A stretch of 63,354 nt of DNA, the filler included, from Folioceros fuciformis (Eukaryota): the NCBI GenBank assembly GCA_049999805.1. It is 17 parts of 17 records of this genome, joined end to end, with 100 filler letters (N's around TTAATTAATTAA, not from the genome) between each part and the next. Parts side by side here need not be neighbours in the genome. Positions count along the whole stretch, not along the records: positions 10,659 to 13,295 come from JBNGIO010000270.1; positions 13,396 to 16,274 come from JBNGIO010000272.1; positions 16,375 to 18,189 come from JBNGIO010000273.1; positions 18,290 to 20,343 come from JBNGIO010000274.1; positions 20,444 to 23,487 come from JBNGIO010000275.1; 12 more parts are not named here. One strand, written 5' to 3'. A model generated the notes under the pieces. That model was not told where the DNA came from and did no database searches. It was given only the letters and a program-made list of their open reading frames with translations. Every line of letters begins with the position of its first letter. The stretch's first letter is position 1. A program made the translations under genes and the position numbers. Below are positions 11,028 to 23,587 of the stretch, one piece after another.

Positions 11028-12720
11028 GTCTGGCTAATCTCTACCAAGTTCAGAACGTCATGACCCTTGTAGAAGTAAGGATGATTTTTCAGTCCTTGCG
11101 TTTGAAAGAAATTACCTAGGAAAATTTAGGTACCTCCGTTCACGACTCTCACTCCTCGGCTCTAAGATGACAGAGCTGAATGTCGTTGCACAACTGCTGG
11201 CCAGTCTCCCTCAAAGTTGGGAGAGTTTTGCTTCACAACAATACGGGACCCTACAGACAGCTTCGGCTGCTATTGCAGCGGGTGGATCTTCAACACTCAC
11301 AATTGCAGATCTATCAGCTTCAATGTTGCAAGAAGAGACCAGGAGAAGACTGACCACAGCCTCATCTTCAACTGTGAATTTTGACAAAGTGCTCCTAGCT
11401 GAAAGGAAGCCCAAATGGAGTAAGAAGGGAGGGCAGGGCAAGCCTACTAGCATTAGCTACAACAAAGGTGATAAGAAGAAGAAGAAGAAGAAGAAGTAGA
11501 AAGGAGCATGCAATTGGTGTCTAATTGAAGGGCATTGGGAGCGTGACTGCCGTAAGAAAAGGGTAGGTGAACCACGCAGGAACAAGCCTCACGAAACACA
11601 TGTTGCTAAATCGACAAGCAGGACTGTACCTTTAATTATGATAGTCTGCTTCCTTTCTACTCGTACATCATCCTCTTTGTGGTACTTGGACTCCGTAGCA
11701 TCTGCTCACATATGCAACAACATGAGTTGCTTCAAAACATTTGCTGCTGATTCCTCAGGGCAAGTTGTTATAGTGGCTGATGACAGATCAGTTGCTGTGA
11801 AGGGCAAAGGGACAATGATTTTACACACCTCTGTAGGAACAGATTTGCACCTACGGGATGTCCTCTACATACCCTGCATGACCAAAAACCTGGTTTTAGT
11901 GAAGGCCCTTACCTCTAACAACAATGTCACCTTCCTGTTTACCAGACAGGGTTGCGGGTTATTCTAGGGTGACACAACTGATCAATGCATCACTGAAGGA
12001 ACAACGCACGACTTGTATGTATTACAACTCTTACCTGCGGGCTCTTGTACCACCCCGTCGAGTGGGAGTAATGTTGCTTGTGTGGCACACTCTTTTTCTT
12101 CGAGAACACTCTTGTGGCACATGCATTTTGGCCACATGAATCTCCCAAAACTTCTACGTCACACACAGGCTGATTATTTTAGAACAGGTGAAGGTCTCCC
12201 CAAATTAGGGAAACAAATGCAAGTCTATGAGTCTTGTGTTATGGGTAAGCACAACCAGCTCCCGTTCACCAACAGTAACCCTACAAAGAGCAACCAGCCT
12301 GTTAGAATTGTTACACGCAGACATATGTGGACCGCTAAGTGAACCTTCACTAGGTGGAGCAGAGTATTACCTGTTCATCGTTGACGATTACAGTAGGTTC
12401 ACTCACACCTATCCACTGAAGAGGAAAAGTGAGGCATTCACTGTCTTCCAGGACTTCACAACAATGGCTGAATCATAGATAGGATCCAAAGTTCGCTGCT
12501 TACGGACAGATAATGGGGGTGAGTTCAGCTCTAATGCTTTTAAGGACTGGTGTAAAGCTCATGGAAGCATGCGTCAATACACGGTACCTTATACATCCCA
12601 ACAGAATGGGATAGCTGAGAAGAAGATTGGAGACATTGCCAGCGCAGCAAGGACAATGCTCTATGCCTACAATCTCCCCAAGCCTTATTGGGCTGAGGGG
12701 ACTGACTACACAACCATATT
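11028..12720 (+). mobile_element. Ty1/copia gag-protease-integrase, degenerate
   Basis: VAQLLASLPQSWESF, zinc knuckle CNWCLIEGHWERDC, protease WYLDSVASAHIC, LWHMHFGHMN, and integrase LLHADICGP, VDDYSRF, RTDNGGEF, QQNGIAE. Several stops and frameshifts. Confidence 0.93.
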
Positions 12721-13432
12721 CGTTCATGGGAGGAAAAAGTTTGGATTCTTACACATATCCTGATGACGATAATCTCGATGATGATGATAACAACCCCGAT
12801 CCCAATGCTGGTTTCCATCTACCCACTCCAGGTGTTTTCTCTGGTTTTCAACCGGCCTTCATTGATCACAGCCGTGATCCGGCTCACCACAATTTTGGCT
12901 TGTATCCCCTTGCCCATGAATCGGCAGAATATGCTGATGATGAGGAGGAGTTGCAAGACAGCACGACATTGCCACATTCATCCCTTGCACCTGTGCCTCA
13001 CGGACAGGGAGGCCGTCGCAATGAAGGGCAGGCCGTCGCGATGAAGGGCAGGCCCCTGTCCTCCCCCTCGACCCAGGACCGGGACGGCATGCTGTAGAGG
13101 AAAATATTCGCAAACCCCTTTTTGAGTGACGAATTTGGTGGATTTTGATTTTTTTTGTGGAAGTGCGAGTGAAACGGCCTAGGTTGAGAATAAGACTTAG
13201 GTATTTATACCCAAAGTCTCCTTGGACCATGATACTTTGGGCGAATCGGTGGCCAGACCAAGTGTCTGGGGGTGGCTGGACGTCCTTGGCCTTTGNNNNN
13301 NNNNNNNNNNNNNNNNNNNNNNNNNNNNNNNNNNNNNNNTTAATTAATTAANNNNNNNNNNNNNNNNNNNNNNNNNNNNNNNNNNNNNNNNNNNNATTTA
13401 ATACAATTATTATTTAAAGGGTAAGCGAATCC

Positions 13433-14086
13433 TCATCCAACATGCTCCTCTTGCAGGAGAGCTCCAATCACGTCCACCAAATTGATATGAGGTGCCTTAC
13501 CTACAGCCACAGCCTTGTCTGCTGCACGGATAGAGGCACCAAAACCAGAAACAAAAGTCTGGTAGCTAGGGGGAAGACAAGTGAGGAGTTGAGCGACGAC
13601 ATCCAACTCCAGAAACTGAGAACCCAGATTCAAAAGTTGAGCCCTCAGTTGTCGAAACTTTATGACGAAAGGTCCAACCTTCTTGCCTTCTTTAAGCCTC
13701 ATTGAGAACAACTCTCCACGGATTGCACACTGGGTAAGGATGTTCTTAGCTTCGTACGTCTACAATAGCTGAGTCCAAATCTCATTAGAGTCTTGCAGGT
13801 AAGCCACATCGAGCAGGAGTACGTCATCCAAGCCACTAATCAAGACTGCACGGGCAACATGATTCACGTTCTCCCGCTTTTCGATTTCATCCGCTGGAGC
13901 AATTCTGGCCAGTTTAGGAAGCGTGTCACTAACAATGCCCCACACATGTCTGGCTTGCAGGGCAGCTGTCATATGCACACGCCATCCATGGAACTTGGAG
14001 CCATTGAACCGGTCACGGTCTTTAAATTCCATGGAGTAGGATGGCTGAGGTATCACTGGCACTGGTGGAAGAGGGGGATTACCTCC

Positions 14087-14138
<52 letters not shown>

Positions 14139-14162
14139 TCTGCTACCACCTCCTGAAGCCAT
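13433..14162 (-). mobile_element. Ty1/copia gag fragment with a poly-G tract
   Basis: DRFNGSKFHGWRVHM...EIWTQLL*TYEAKNI...FSMRLKEG...VAQLLTCLPPSYQTF. Related to the gags at 2980 and 11028. Confidence 0.88.
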
Positions 14163-14587
14163 TCTGACTTACTTTGATGAGATTATCAGGTGCTCACGAG
14201 TGATCAAGCTGATTGCACAAGGTACTCTTCTTGAAGTAAGTCGAAATGCCAAAGGGAAGCAGAGAGGAGGGGCAGAGGAGAAAGTGCAGCAAAGGTCGAT
14301 GAAGAGGTGTATGCGAAAGGTCAAATGTCACCAGACATTACGCTCTTCATCGGTTGACAGTTGGGGATTGTGAATTGTTGACGTGGGGTGGCACAGCATG
14401 TCACTTTGCAGGGTCGCATCCCGTGAATGCCTGACGCAGGCAGACACCTCCATCTTGAGGCGCCTCCCGCTAGGAAGCACGGTTGGGACACCGAAGCTGC
14501 GGACGCGCCACCCTTACCGCGATGAAGGCGATGCTTGAGATCAAGGTTTCGTTGATCCTGAGCATCCAGATTGGGTTTGTCACCTCA

Positions 14588-16274
14588 AAAGACTATATAC
14601 GGTTTGAAGCAGTCCGCTAGGAAATGGTACAAAACTATTGATAAGTACCTCAAATCCATTGGTTTCCTTGAGAATCCCGGAGATGCCAATGTTTACTTCT
14701 ACTGCAAGGATGGAAAACTCGTTGTTCTCGCCTTGTACGTCGATGATGCCATCCTCGCATCCAATGATCCGGGCTTGTTATCCTGGGTCAAAGATATGTT
14801 GCATCAAAAGTTCGATATGAAGGATATAGGGGCACTCACCTTTGTCCTTGGAATTCAACTTGACGCAATATGGCCTCTAGCACTGTTATGCTCCACCAAA
14901 CCAAGTATATAGCAGAGACTTTGCATCGTTTTCACCTTGATGCTGCCAAGCCTGTCTCTACTCCCATTGTTGCAGGCCTAAAGCTTTCCCTTGATCAGTG
15001 CCCCCAGACAGCTGAGGAGCGTCAAGCCATGGCTAGGGTTCCTTATCGCCATGCCGTGGGTTGCTTGAACTACATCAGTTGTTGGACTCGGCCAGATATT
15101 CAATACGCCATTAGTTCTGTCTCCCAGTTCTTGGATAACCCTGGCCAGGCCCACTGGAGTGCGGTTAAACGAGTGTTGCGCTACCTGAAAGGCACCATGA
15201 CACACGGCCTATGCTTCCGAGGGCGAGATAAAGAGCCTACCTTGTGTGGATACTTCGATGCAGACTGGGCTACAGACCCAGATGCCAGGAGAAGCATATC
15301 AGCCTATTGTTTTACTCTAAATCATGCTGTCATTCACTGGAGCTCTAAGAAGCAAGCCTCTGTTGCTTTGTCGTCAACTGAGGCCGAATATAAAGCTTTG
15401 ACCGAGGGTGCCAAGGAAGCTGTATGGGAACGATGTTTCTTGGAAGGTCTTGGTTATCTGCAGTCACAGCCGACTCCGATTTACTACGACAACATGTCCA
15501 CAATAGCCATGACTGCCAACCCACACTTCCACGCACGTACAAAACATATCGAAGTGCATCACCACTTCATCAAACACTCTGTGGAGCAGAAGCAAGTGAA
15601 AATTCAGCATGTGTCCACAAACTTAAACATGGCAGACCTTCTGACGAAGTATCTACCCGCTAGCAAGCACTATCAACATATGGAAGCAATGGGCGTACAA
15701 GCCTGCACCGATCCTCAGCCCTAATTCCTATGCCACTATACCCAGCTGCAAACTATGGTGGATGAAGCCTCAAGCCCAACACAATCGCATACTGCAGCTA
15801 TCAGGTCACTTATCTATCATGTGGTAGCGAGCTCGCAGTAGCGTATTTGAACTGCACCTGCAGCTCACTCTCCTCAAGATGGAGCGCTGGAGTGTTTTCA
15901 ACCCTGTTTAATAATAGCCAGATTTGCACCCGGCACTCCCAGCTAGCGAATTGCCATCGCTGCTCCGTTGTGAATTCTCTTTCTCCTGGGTGGCTGTTCG
16001 ATGGTTGGCCCGCTGTTGTGCGAGCTCTCCGTCTCCTGTTGCATCTTTGTTCTTCTCGCCAGTGCTGGTACAAGAGGTAGATTGAGATCACAAAGGAGCA
16101 GAGCGCGAGACACTGAGCTAGTGACCCTGGTATCGTTGTTCTTCTCGCCATGCTAACCAGTGTGCCCCGTTTACGGGGGCATGTTAGAGTAGAGCCCCGT
16201 TATGGTTCCTACATATAAACGGACCAACTGTTAGCTGATGTTTACTAATATTTAGTTTATATGAATAGTCGTGA
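14588..16274 (+). mobile_element. Ty1/copia RT-RNase H, 3' region, PPT and start of 3' LTR (16182)
   Basis: KTIYGLKQSARKW, LYVDD, TRPDI, DADWA, SSTEAEY and RTKHIE, with one frameshift near 14870 and a stop at 15724. GGGGGCA is followed by TGTTAGAG. Confidence 0.95.
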
Positions 16275-16374
16275 NNNNNNNNNNNNNNNNNNNNNNNNNN
16301 NNNNNNNNNNNNNNNNNNTTAATTAATTAANNNNNNNNNNNNNNNNNNNNNNNNNNNNNNNNNNNNNNNNNNNN

Positions 16375-17835
16375 ATATCTTGCAAATGGGTGTTCAAACT
16401 CAAACTCAATGCCCAAGGAGAAATTGCTAGGTATAAGGCCAGGTTGGTGGCACGTGGCTTCACAAAGGTCGAGGGTCTCGACTACCAAGAAACATTTTCT
16501 CCAGTCGTGAGGACACAGTCCATCCGCATGATTTTGGCCCTTGCTGCTGAATTTGACCTAGAGCTTTATTAGATGGATGTAAATACTGGTTTCCTCTATG
16601 GATCACTTGACGAGGATCTGTACATGACACAGCTAGAGGGATATGAGGATAAAGCATACCCGAACAAGGTCTGCAAATTGTTAAAGACAATATATGGCTT
16701 AAAGCAAAGCAGCAGAGTGTGGTACCTGAACATCCATGTGTTCCTCTTGAGCCAATCCTTCTTGCAGAGTGTTGCAGACAGTAATGTCTACAGACTGGTA
16801 AAAGGCGCAAGCTTTCTTATACTCGCCCTCTATGTAGATGATGTAATCATGGCTACTAATGATAACAGGCTGTTAGCAAGCGTAAAGGAGATGCTGAGCA
16901 CGAAGTACGACATGAAAGATATAGGGGAGCTCAAGTTCTGTTTAGGGATACAGCTCCTTCGAGTTAGATCTGAAGGACTTCTCATCATACCCCAGAATAA
17001 ATATATCCAACAGCTGCTGAATAAATTCAAGCTCGATGAGGCACGTCGAGCATCTACTCCATCTGCCCTAGGAGCTAAACTTACAAGACTACAGTGTCCT
17101 CAGTCTGCTGAAGAATAGAAAGAGATGGTAGAAATCCCCTACCGTCATGTTGTAGGCAGTCTTCTGTTTGTTGCCAATTGGACTCGTCCAGATATACAAT
17201 ACTCTGTTAGCACCCTGTCACAATTTCTAGAGAGACCTGGTCGAGCTCACTGGGTAGCAGCTAAACGAGTATTTAGATATCTGAAAGGGACCCAGTCCTA
17301 TGGACTTGTCTATAAAAGCAGTGGACAGGGACAGCTTACTTTAAGGGGATTTACTATTGCTGATTGGGCATCAGACAGTGACAGCCGCAAGAGTTTAGCT
17401 ACATACTGTTTTCTATTCGCATCTGCGGCTGTAAGTTGGAGCTGCAAAAAGCAGACATAAAGTGCTTTATCATCGACAGAAGCTGAATATAAAAGCTTGA
17501 CAGATGCCTCGAAAGAGGTAGAATGGGAACGTACCTTCCTACAAGACCTTGGTCAACAGCAGACAGTAGCAACCCCACTCCTGTGTGACAACATGTCAGC
17601 ACTTGCCCTGGTTGCAAACCCTCGTTTTCACGCAAGGACAAAGCATATCGAGATACGGCATCACTACATCAGGGATGTAGTTGAACGGGGAGTTGTGAAG
17701 GTTGATTATTTGAACACAGAGGAGAATACTGCAGACATACTAACCAAGCCCCTGCCTAAATATAAGCACTATTTACACATGGCAGGACTTGGTCTACAGG
17801 ATTTCTCAGTATATTTCAAGGATCAGCTGGTTTGA
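16375..17835 (+). mobile_element. Ty1/copia RT-RNase H, degenerate
   Basis: YKARLVARGF, DYQETFSPV, MDVNTGFLYG, YGLKQS, LYVDD, TRPDI and RTKHIE, with in-frame stops. A G-rich tract follows at ~17855. Confidence 0.95.
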
Positions 17836-18339
17836 GCAACTGTAGACTTATCTGGTGGGTGAGGGGGGGTGGGAGCCCTTGCTCCCTAATATGGATGTTA
17901 GATCAACAGCCTCTTTGCCGCCAGGTTATAAGAACTGCGACAAACACACAACATCGGTTTTCGTTAAGCAGTAGTTACAGTATGCTCAGCACAGCAGAAA
18001 TGATCATCAGCAGGCGGATGAGGCCCCACGATTACCTTATCGCCTGGCTGCTTGACACCTCAACCTCCGTTCTCGCCATCTTCCTTGAGCTGGCCCGAGA
18101 GCTTCACTGCCTCCCTAAGACGAACGACCAAGCTAGTCTCTCTCTCTCGATGCTCCTCCCCATCAGTCACAACTTCAGGCTCCTGGACANNNNNNNNNNN
18201 NNNNNNNNNNNNNNNNNNNNNNNNNNNNNNNNNTTAATTAATTAANNNNNNNNNNNNNNNNNNNNNNNNNNNNNNNNNNNNNNNNNNNNCTTTTTCAACC
18301 AAAACAAACTACTACCCCAAACTTTGGAGGTTCACATAC

Positions 18340-19354
18340 ATCTAGCACCAAGCAGCCAGCTATCTCTATCTCAATTTCAGGAGCGCCACAATCCACAAGT
18401 TCTACATCTATATTCACCACATCCTTACATCTCTCCCATGTAGTGACTCCGGCATTCCTCGGATGGCCTCCTTCAACACTTTCCTAGTTTTGGGGCTAAT
18501 TGACAGAAGTTGCCTCAAGCTCACCACAAACTCTTGATCTAACAGGGCCTCCGCAAACCCTGCCACCTTCATGGCCAAAGCCTCTCGGGCTGTCTCCGCC
18601 TCTTGGGGAGTGATTACCTCCCCTCCTCCTTCTTGCTAGCAATCCTCTACTTCTATTTGCTCTCCCAACGGAGGAGTACTCTCTACCACTCCTGTCACCA
18701 AAGGTTCTGAAAATGAAACCTTCTTAGCCTTCTTCATCAACCTGCCCAATTCCTCCTCTAACATCACAACCACTTCCTGACTAGTGTTAGGAGGAAACAA
18801 TGACTCTCCTGTCCTGACCGAATCCTCTTCAGTCGGATCTTCCTCCTTCCAGTTTGTAGTATCCTACGTCTGCTCACTCTTGTTTGTTAGAACTGACTCC
18901 TTCCCAGTATATAGATCCTTCTGCCCCATAGACAGATCGTTCTGTTCGACAGAAAAATCCTTCTTCTCCTTTTCAGCCGATGTTGCCCTCCTTGTCTCAA
19001 CAGCCCAAGGAGGATTGTCCTTTTCCTTCCTCCTCTGGTCCTTCCTACTTTGATTAGATCCCTTTTTTCGCTCCTTCTCTTTCCTTTGTGACCTTGTGAC
19101 AACCCTTGCCACTGAAATTTCCTCACCATCACTGTACCCACTGGCATAGCCTTCCTCCACAATCCCTTAGTACATCTCAAATTCAGTCTCGACCGCCTCC
19201 TCAACCTCCACGGACAGAACTAGTGCACTTGTCACCGGGATAGATGGTTTCGTCACGATAGTAGCACCCTCTGTGGCTGCCTTGGTGATCCTTACTCCTG
19301 ATGTCCTAGGAGGTATTGTCTTTGGAATCCCCGTACACCTAGGATCTCTTGCTC
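18340..19354 (-). mobile_element. Probable Ty3/gypsy gag-protease linker fragment
   Basis: Minus strand ARVVTRSQRK, VSLRQLLSISPKTRKVL and PEIEIEIAGCLVLDV resemble the segment before gypsy aspartic proteases. The catalytic motif is not reached. Confidence 0.5.
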
Positions 19355-19548
19355 TGTTGGAAGTAAAGCCAACACATAGTCTAAGTGACATTAGGGTTTA
19401 GGTGATAGGCCCAAGATGAAATGTCATCTAGATTTAGTATATAAGTAGCACTTATAGACATGTTTAAAATACAACTCATTTTTGTCTTTCTATATTATAA
19501 AGTTTAATTAAGCCAAATTGCTCTCTGCATTTTTCATGGTATCAGAGC
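19355..19548 (+). mobile_element. Short 5' LTR (about 19355-19536) with perfect tRNA-iMet PBS (19537-19548)
   Basis: TGTTGG...TATATAA...TTTTCA immediately followed by TGGTATCAGAGC. The left boundary is inferred. Confidence 0.75.
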
Positions 19549-20443
19549 ATGTTCTTAATGCTCTCTACCTCTCCTAAGACATAATGCTTGGTCGGGGTAG
19601 ATCTCATGCAGATCAACGCCAACGCAAGAGAAGACTTGGTGGTGGAACATTTTGTCCACGACACCCTAACCAAGTCCTAGTTGACACTGTCCCTGATCTG
19701 TACGAGGTAAACTACCCCGACATACGGCTACTGCAGTGGCCTGGGAGGAATTCAGGCATATCAAATTCTAGGGCGCGTGCTATCAGGCTTCAGCAATTGA
19801 GAATCTCATAAACAGATTCTCATTACCCTGCCCGGTGCACCGCCAGGAACCTACTTGATCCTTGCTTCCGACCATTGACTAGGAGTGCTGAACTGGAGTC
19901 ACTAACTTCAGCATTACCAATTTACACCCCTGACTTCCGTCCAATTGCTGATTGGAAATTGGAAGCTTCTGGAGAAGTTTGCAACGTGCCACATCATCAA
20001 CGGACGATCAAGCGGCGACGGGGAGACAAATCTGCTGAAGATACAGAGCGAATTGAGAAATTTGCTAAAAATAAAAAACAAATTTCCCAACCAACTCCAG
20101 TTGAAACATCCCTTCAGAATCTTCTAATAAACCAGAACATCTTGGGAGACGGCGTTGCTCACCTGCAAGTTTGCATCGAAACACAGATATCCAGAATTGA
20201 CAGTAATATCTCTCAAATTGTGGAATGCTGCGTTTGATGGATCTTGGACAAGGATTTTCCACATAATTCCTGCCTGCGAATGGAGACTCTATCCTGTGAC
20301 CTTGCTTCTGTTGGCGGGGAGCGCAGGAGATGCCAAATAGTGCNNNNNNNNNNNNNNNNNNNNNNNNNNNNNNNNNNNNNNNNNNNNTTAATTAATTAAN
20401 NNNNNNNNNNNNNNNNNNNNNNNNNNNNNNNNNNNNNNNNNNN

Positions 20444-21152
20444 TCCCACGACCTGAGAGATATTGTCTGATCCCTGCACATTAGCCATGATTCAGGCTCC
20501 TTTACGCACCAACACTTGTCCTGCAACTCCCTGCACTGCTGTAGAGCTCCAGCACTCCACAAGCCTCAATCAAATCTCAACAATTTCTGAATGTGCTGCT
20601 GACTCTTCGCTAAGCAAAAATAGCCTTAGCTCAAGATTTCAAAAAACAAAACAAAAACAAAACACTGTTTGCCAAGTTCAGGCCTTCTTCCTCGCAAATC
20701 CTGGGCCTGCTGTGGCTTCCACGGCCTGGTTGCCTCCAGAAGTTGCTGCTCCTCCTGAGTCTCTCTCCCTCTCGCGCCTCTCGCGCGCTCTTGCGCCTGT
20801 AGCGCCTGTTGCGGCTTCCTACGCCGCCTACGCCGTTGCGCCTCCTACGCCTCTCCTGCTCCTCTCACCGGTGGCACCAGCACTCTCTCTCTGGCTCTGA
20901 TACCATGTTGAAGTAGCACCACAGGCCTAAAAGGACTCCACAGTTCCTTTCTTATGGTGCACAGGATGCTACATATATAGCCTTCAGGCGGGGCAACCCT
21001 CGATAAGGTAAGCCTTAGTCTCGAGGGTGCAATATCTTAGTATATCCTGATAACACTTAGGTGATAGATAACTACGAGTTCAATATGGGATAATCTACAC
21101 TATTCTAAGTGTTGTATGCTCTTAATAACGATTTAGAGCTTGATTTCTAACA
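20444..21152 (-). mobile_element. 5' end of a copia-type element: LTR 20906-21152, PBS 20894-20905, gag start at 20488
   Basis: A 247-bp segment with TGTT...AACA inverted ends, TGGTATCAGAGC on the minus strand, and an ORF starting MANVQGSDNISQVVG that runs into the gap. Confidence 0.85.
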
Positions 21153-23030
21153 ACCACGAGGTCCACACAAGCCCTCTATGTCGTTGTAGCCATGGGATTG
21201 GATCCCAAGGAAATGATTTGTGTTAAACAACACAGGTTTTCTCTCAAAGTCAGTTACTACCAAAGGTCAGGCTTTACCTACCTTCCGCTACCTTCGTTGC
21301 GGCTCAGCTACCACAGCTCTGCACTACCTTACAGACTCACTCAACTACTAGGGGAGGGGGGGGGGTCTCTTCAACTGCTGGCCCCTCAGCTACCCGGGAG
21401 GTACTTCTACTACCTCGGATCTCGACTACCTTGGTTGTTACTCCACAACTATAGTGGACTCCACTACCGCGGTGGGTCCCACTCTTACTCTCTCTCTCTC
21501 CCTTTCTCTCTCTAAACTTAAGTTACCTCCTGCCAATTTCACTCGAATCCGAAACGGCGTTTCGAGGTCCCACCCTACCCAAGCCTGTTATGGTCCTCCA
21601 GCCACTCTCACCAACGGTTGCCTCACATCCGATCCCTGTCTTCTCACACCAAGGGTTTCTCTCGCCACCCTCACACCCATCCACAACCACGATTCAACCC
21701 AACTACTCTTGCCTTCACCTTCTCTCTCTTCCTGGTGACTCTCTATTGGATAGTTGGGAAGCGCGGCTTCCACTCGGCGAGGCTCCTCCTCCTGATTCGT
21801 CCCCGAAACCTTGGTCGCAAAGCAGCCACAACTAGCACATCGCACCCTCAAAACGCTATGTGCGCTCGCCTACCTGGACCTCCCCGTCTAGTAGCGGCCA
21901 TTGCTAGGCTTCCACAGGGTCAGAATGTCGGGCTTGCTTTTGCTACCTTTTTGAGGTATCCATAGGCCCCTTATACATCACGTTTGGCGGGTCCGAAGCC
22001 GCTATTAAAGTCTGGTCTTGCGGACAAGGAGGTGCTTGTGGGGGAAAATATTGCACCAGGGGGTCCTGCAAGGTCCACACAAACCCTCTTTGTCGTTATA
22101 GCACTAGGATTCAATCCCAAGGGAATGATTTATGTCAAATAACACAGGTTTTCTCACAAAGTCAGTTACTACCCAAGGTCAACCTCTACTTACCTGCCCC
22201 TCGTCTACCTGCCGTTCGACCACCTTTACCCCTGTCGCGACTCGGCTACCTCGGTCGCGACTCAACTACCTCGACCCTGGGCTACCTGTCAGACCCACTC
22301 GACTATTAGGGGGGTCTCTTCAACTACCGTCTCTCGGCTACCCCGAAGACCCTTCGACTACCTTCGTTGTCTCTCTACAACGGTCGCGGTTTTGGCTACC
22401 ATGGTGGGTCCCATTTTCTCTTTCTCCCACTCTCTCTCTCTACTTTCTCCCCCTTGCCTCCTCTCGCTCTCTCTCTAGCTCCAAGCGACTTACCTCACTA
22501 GATCACACTTACCTACACGAGGTTCAGGAGTTTCACACTATCCCGGCACTCGTGATTGCGTAGTCTATTTCCCAAGCACCACTCACCCAGTGATCAGTTG
22601 ATTTTCCTTCAGGGATCCACTCACATACGCACCCTCCTCTACAGTCGCAATCAGGCACTGCGTCCCTCTCACCTGCAACCGTGCTTGCCTCACAGCTTAC
22701 ACCATTATATTCGCTCACGTCTGTCCACAACCCCCCACTCGGGACCCACCGGTACTCGATTCACATACATAGCATTCGTCAAAGAAAACTCGCTCTAGTT
22801 ACCACGCGCACTCCCATACCTCTTCAGAGTCCGCCCTCATCAAATAAACCCAATCTCACACAGCTCCTAGGCTGGTTAACACGATCACTTCTCACACACA
22901 CACTTCAGCTAGGCCTCCAAGATTAGATCATTCACAACTCGCTTACATCCCACTACACTCCAATCACACATACACACAGTTCCGCCGTCAATCTTCAAAC
23001 ATCTCTTTGTGGCGCATGGCCACTTCCATT
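21153..23030 (+). repeat. Two diverged LTR-like family C copies (from 21153 and 22048)
   Basis: AGGTCCACACAA.CCCTCT...CCCAAGG.AATGATTT...AACACAGGTTTTCTC occurs twice. The second copy follows a purine tract, GTGGGGGAAAA. Confidence 0.7.
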
Positions 23031-23587
23031 ATCCTCCTCCTTCAGCACTCTAGATGCCTTCTATACTTTTGGGACTCCCATTTTGAAGAGCAGAATGAAC
23101 AGGTAGTGTTTTTTTTTGTGAAGACACAAGTGGATCGGCTTAGTATGGAAATAACACTTGGGTATTTATACCCAAAAGGCTCCTTGGCCCTTGGTGATTT
23201 GATGAGATTGAGTGACAGGACCAAGGAGAAATGGGTGCGAGAGTGTCCTTGGCCCTTGGTGGTTCGAGGGTACTTAGGTGTCTATATATGCACCCCTCCC
23301 CCTCGGGGAAATAAGAAATGGGAAGTGGGGGTAGGAGCTTAGGAAGTGCGGACTTAGGCAAAAAGAACGGGGTGTTGAACTGGGCGACGGTAGCTGGTCG
23401 GGCGACCGTCGTGGAAGGGGAACCGGCGGTAGCCCAACCGGCGGCATAAAACCCTAGAGAGAGACAGGGAGAACTTGGGCAGTAATCNNNNNNNNNNNNN
23501 NNNNNNNNNNNNNNNNNNNNNNNNNNNNNNNTTAATTAATTAANNNNNNNNNNNNNNNNNNNNNNNNNNNNNNNNNNNNNNNNNNNN

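Noticed and set aside
19391-19401. TTAGGGTTTAGG telomere-like motif (also ~56909)
   Set aside because: Fewer than two full units. At most a telo-box, and common in plant LTRs.
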